Of a stretch of 64,000 nt of DNA, positions 63,757-64,000 are shown piece by piece. The position numbers and the translations under genes were made by a program. Source of the DNA: Bacteroidota bacterium (GTDB lineage Bacteria > Bacteroidota > Bacteroidia > AKYH767-A > 2013-40CM-41-45); assembly GCA_016721305.1 (NCBI GenBank), contig JADKIH010000002.1, positions 1,828-65,827 of the forward strand, read 5' to 3'. Position 1 is the first letter of the stretch; every line of letters starts with the position of its first letter. The notes beneath the pieces are model-generated. The model did not search any database. It was not told the DNA's origin and was given only the letters and a program-made list of their open reading frames with translations.

Positions 63757-64000
63757 TGCATCACCGAGGCGGAAACAAATACTGGCTGAGACCGGATTCA
63801 ACTTCGTTGTTCGCACGTGAAGTCGATGAAACTCCGGATCCTACCTCTCAAGAGAGGCGATATTGCCACTTCGCTTTCAGTAAAGAAATCAGACGCGCTT
63901 ATTGAGTTGATGGAAGAAGATGAAATTCTGGTCACGGCCGATACTATAGTTTGTTTGGACCATTTCGTACTTAACAAACCGGGAAGTGAACAGCAAGCAA
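63757..64000 (+). CDS. maf: Maf-family nucleotide pyrophosphatase (partial, runs past window end), with two 1-nt insertions
   Basis: LKIVLGSASPRRKQILAETGFNFVV matches the Maf N-terminus. Removing one base near 63815-63820 and one near 63850-63857 gives ...TEVDETPDPTSQEGDIATSLSVKKSDALIELMEEDEILVTADTIVCLDHFVLNKPGSEQQA. Confidence 0.6.

Noticed and set aside
62753-63820. Single 355-aa 'fusion' protein of UbiA prenyltransferase plus Maf
   Set aside because: The Maf N-terminus (IVLGSASPRRKQILAETGF) is a complete, independent protein start in all known genomes. The read-through is most simply a lost stop or indel in this error-prone sequence.

Overview
This 64-kb window looks like a chromosomal segment of a Bacteroidota genome. 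The lineage call rests on several type-IX-secretion (T9SS) C-terminal sorting domains, a TonB-receptor/DUF4249 pair, a short 287-aa primary sigma factor, a bacillithiol deacetylase (BshB)-like gene and system-I cytochrome c maturation (Ccm) genes. Content is mostly housekeeping and envelope genes: RNase P RNA (rnpB), tRNA-His, rpoD, a long-form gapA, mnmA, dapF, degP/htrA, mazG, apaG, a fluoride channel (crcB), kdsC, maf, an ABC-F ATPase, a proton-dependent oligopeptide (POT) transporter, a Cu P-type ATPase, ccmBC(D)EF, ahpC plus a second peroxiredoxin, cytochrome c peroxidase, one two-component system, one ECF sigma/anti-sigma pair, and several T9SS cargo proteins. Three things stand out. (1) At least 17 genes are broken by ±1 indels, most of them in A/T homopolymers of 4-7 nt. 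Re-reading across the break restores a full-length conserved protein each time, so this looks like systematic homopolymer mis-calling in the assembly rather than biological pseudogenes. (2) Intergenic regions are full of heptanucleotide tandem-repeat families (GTAAGTW, GCAACYC, AATTAGN) that pair into long hairpins. One inverted pair brackets a 310-bp spacer directly upstream of rnpB, resembling a miniature inverted-repeat (MITE-like) element. (3) A 3.3-kb AT-rich block (about 10.25-13.6 kb) has only an XRE-type regulator and fragmented ORFs. Three operons are flagged for follow-up: multihaem cytochrome c-TPR with RR and HK; redoxin with a His-rich lipoprotein and GNAT; ECF sigma and anti-sigma with dapF. 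No CRISPR array, integrase or transposase was recognised. Coordinates for frameshift-merged genes are spans across the fragments and may be off by ±1-2 nt.
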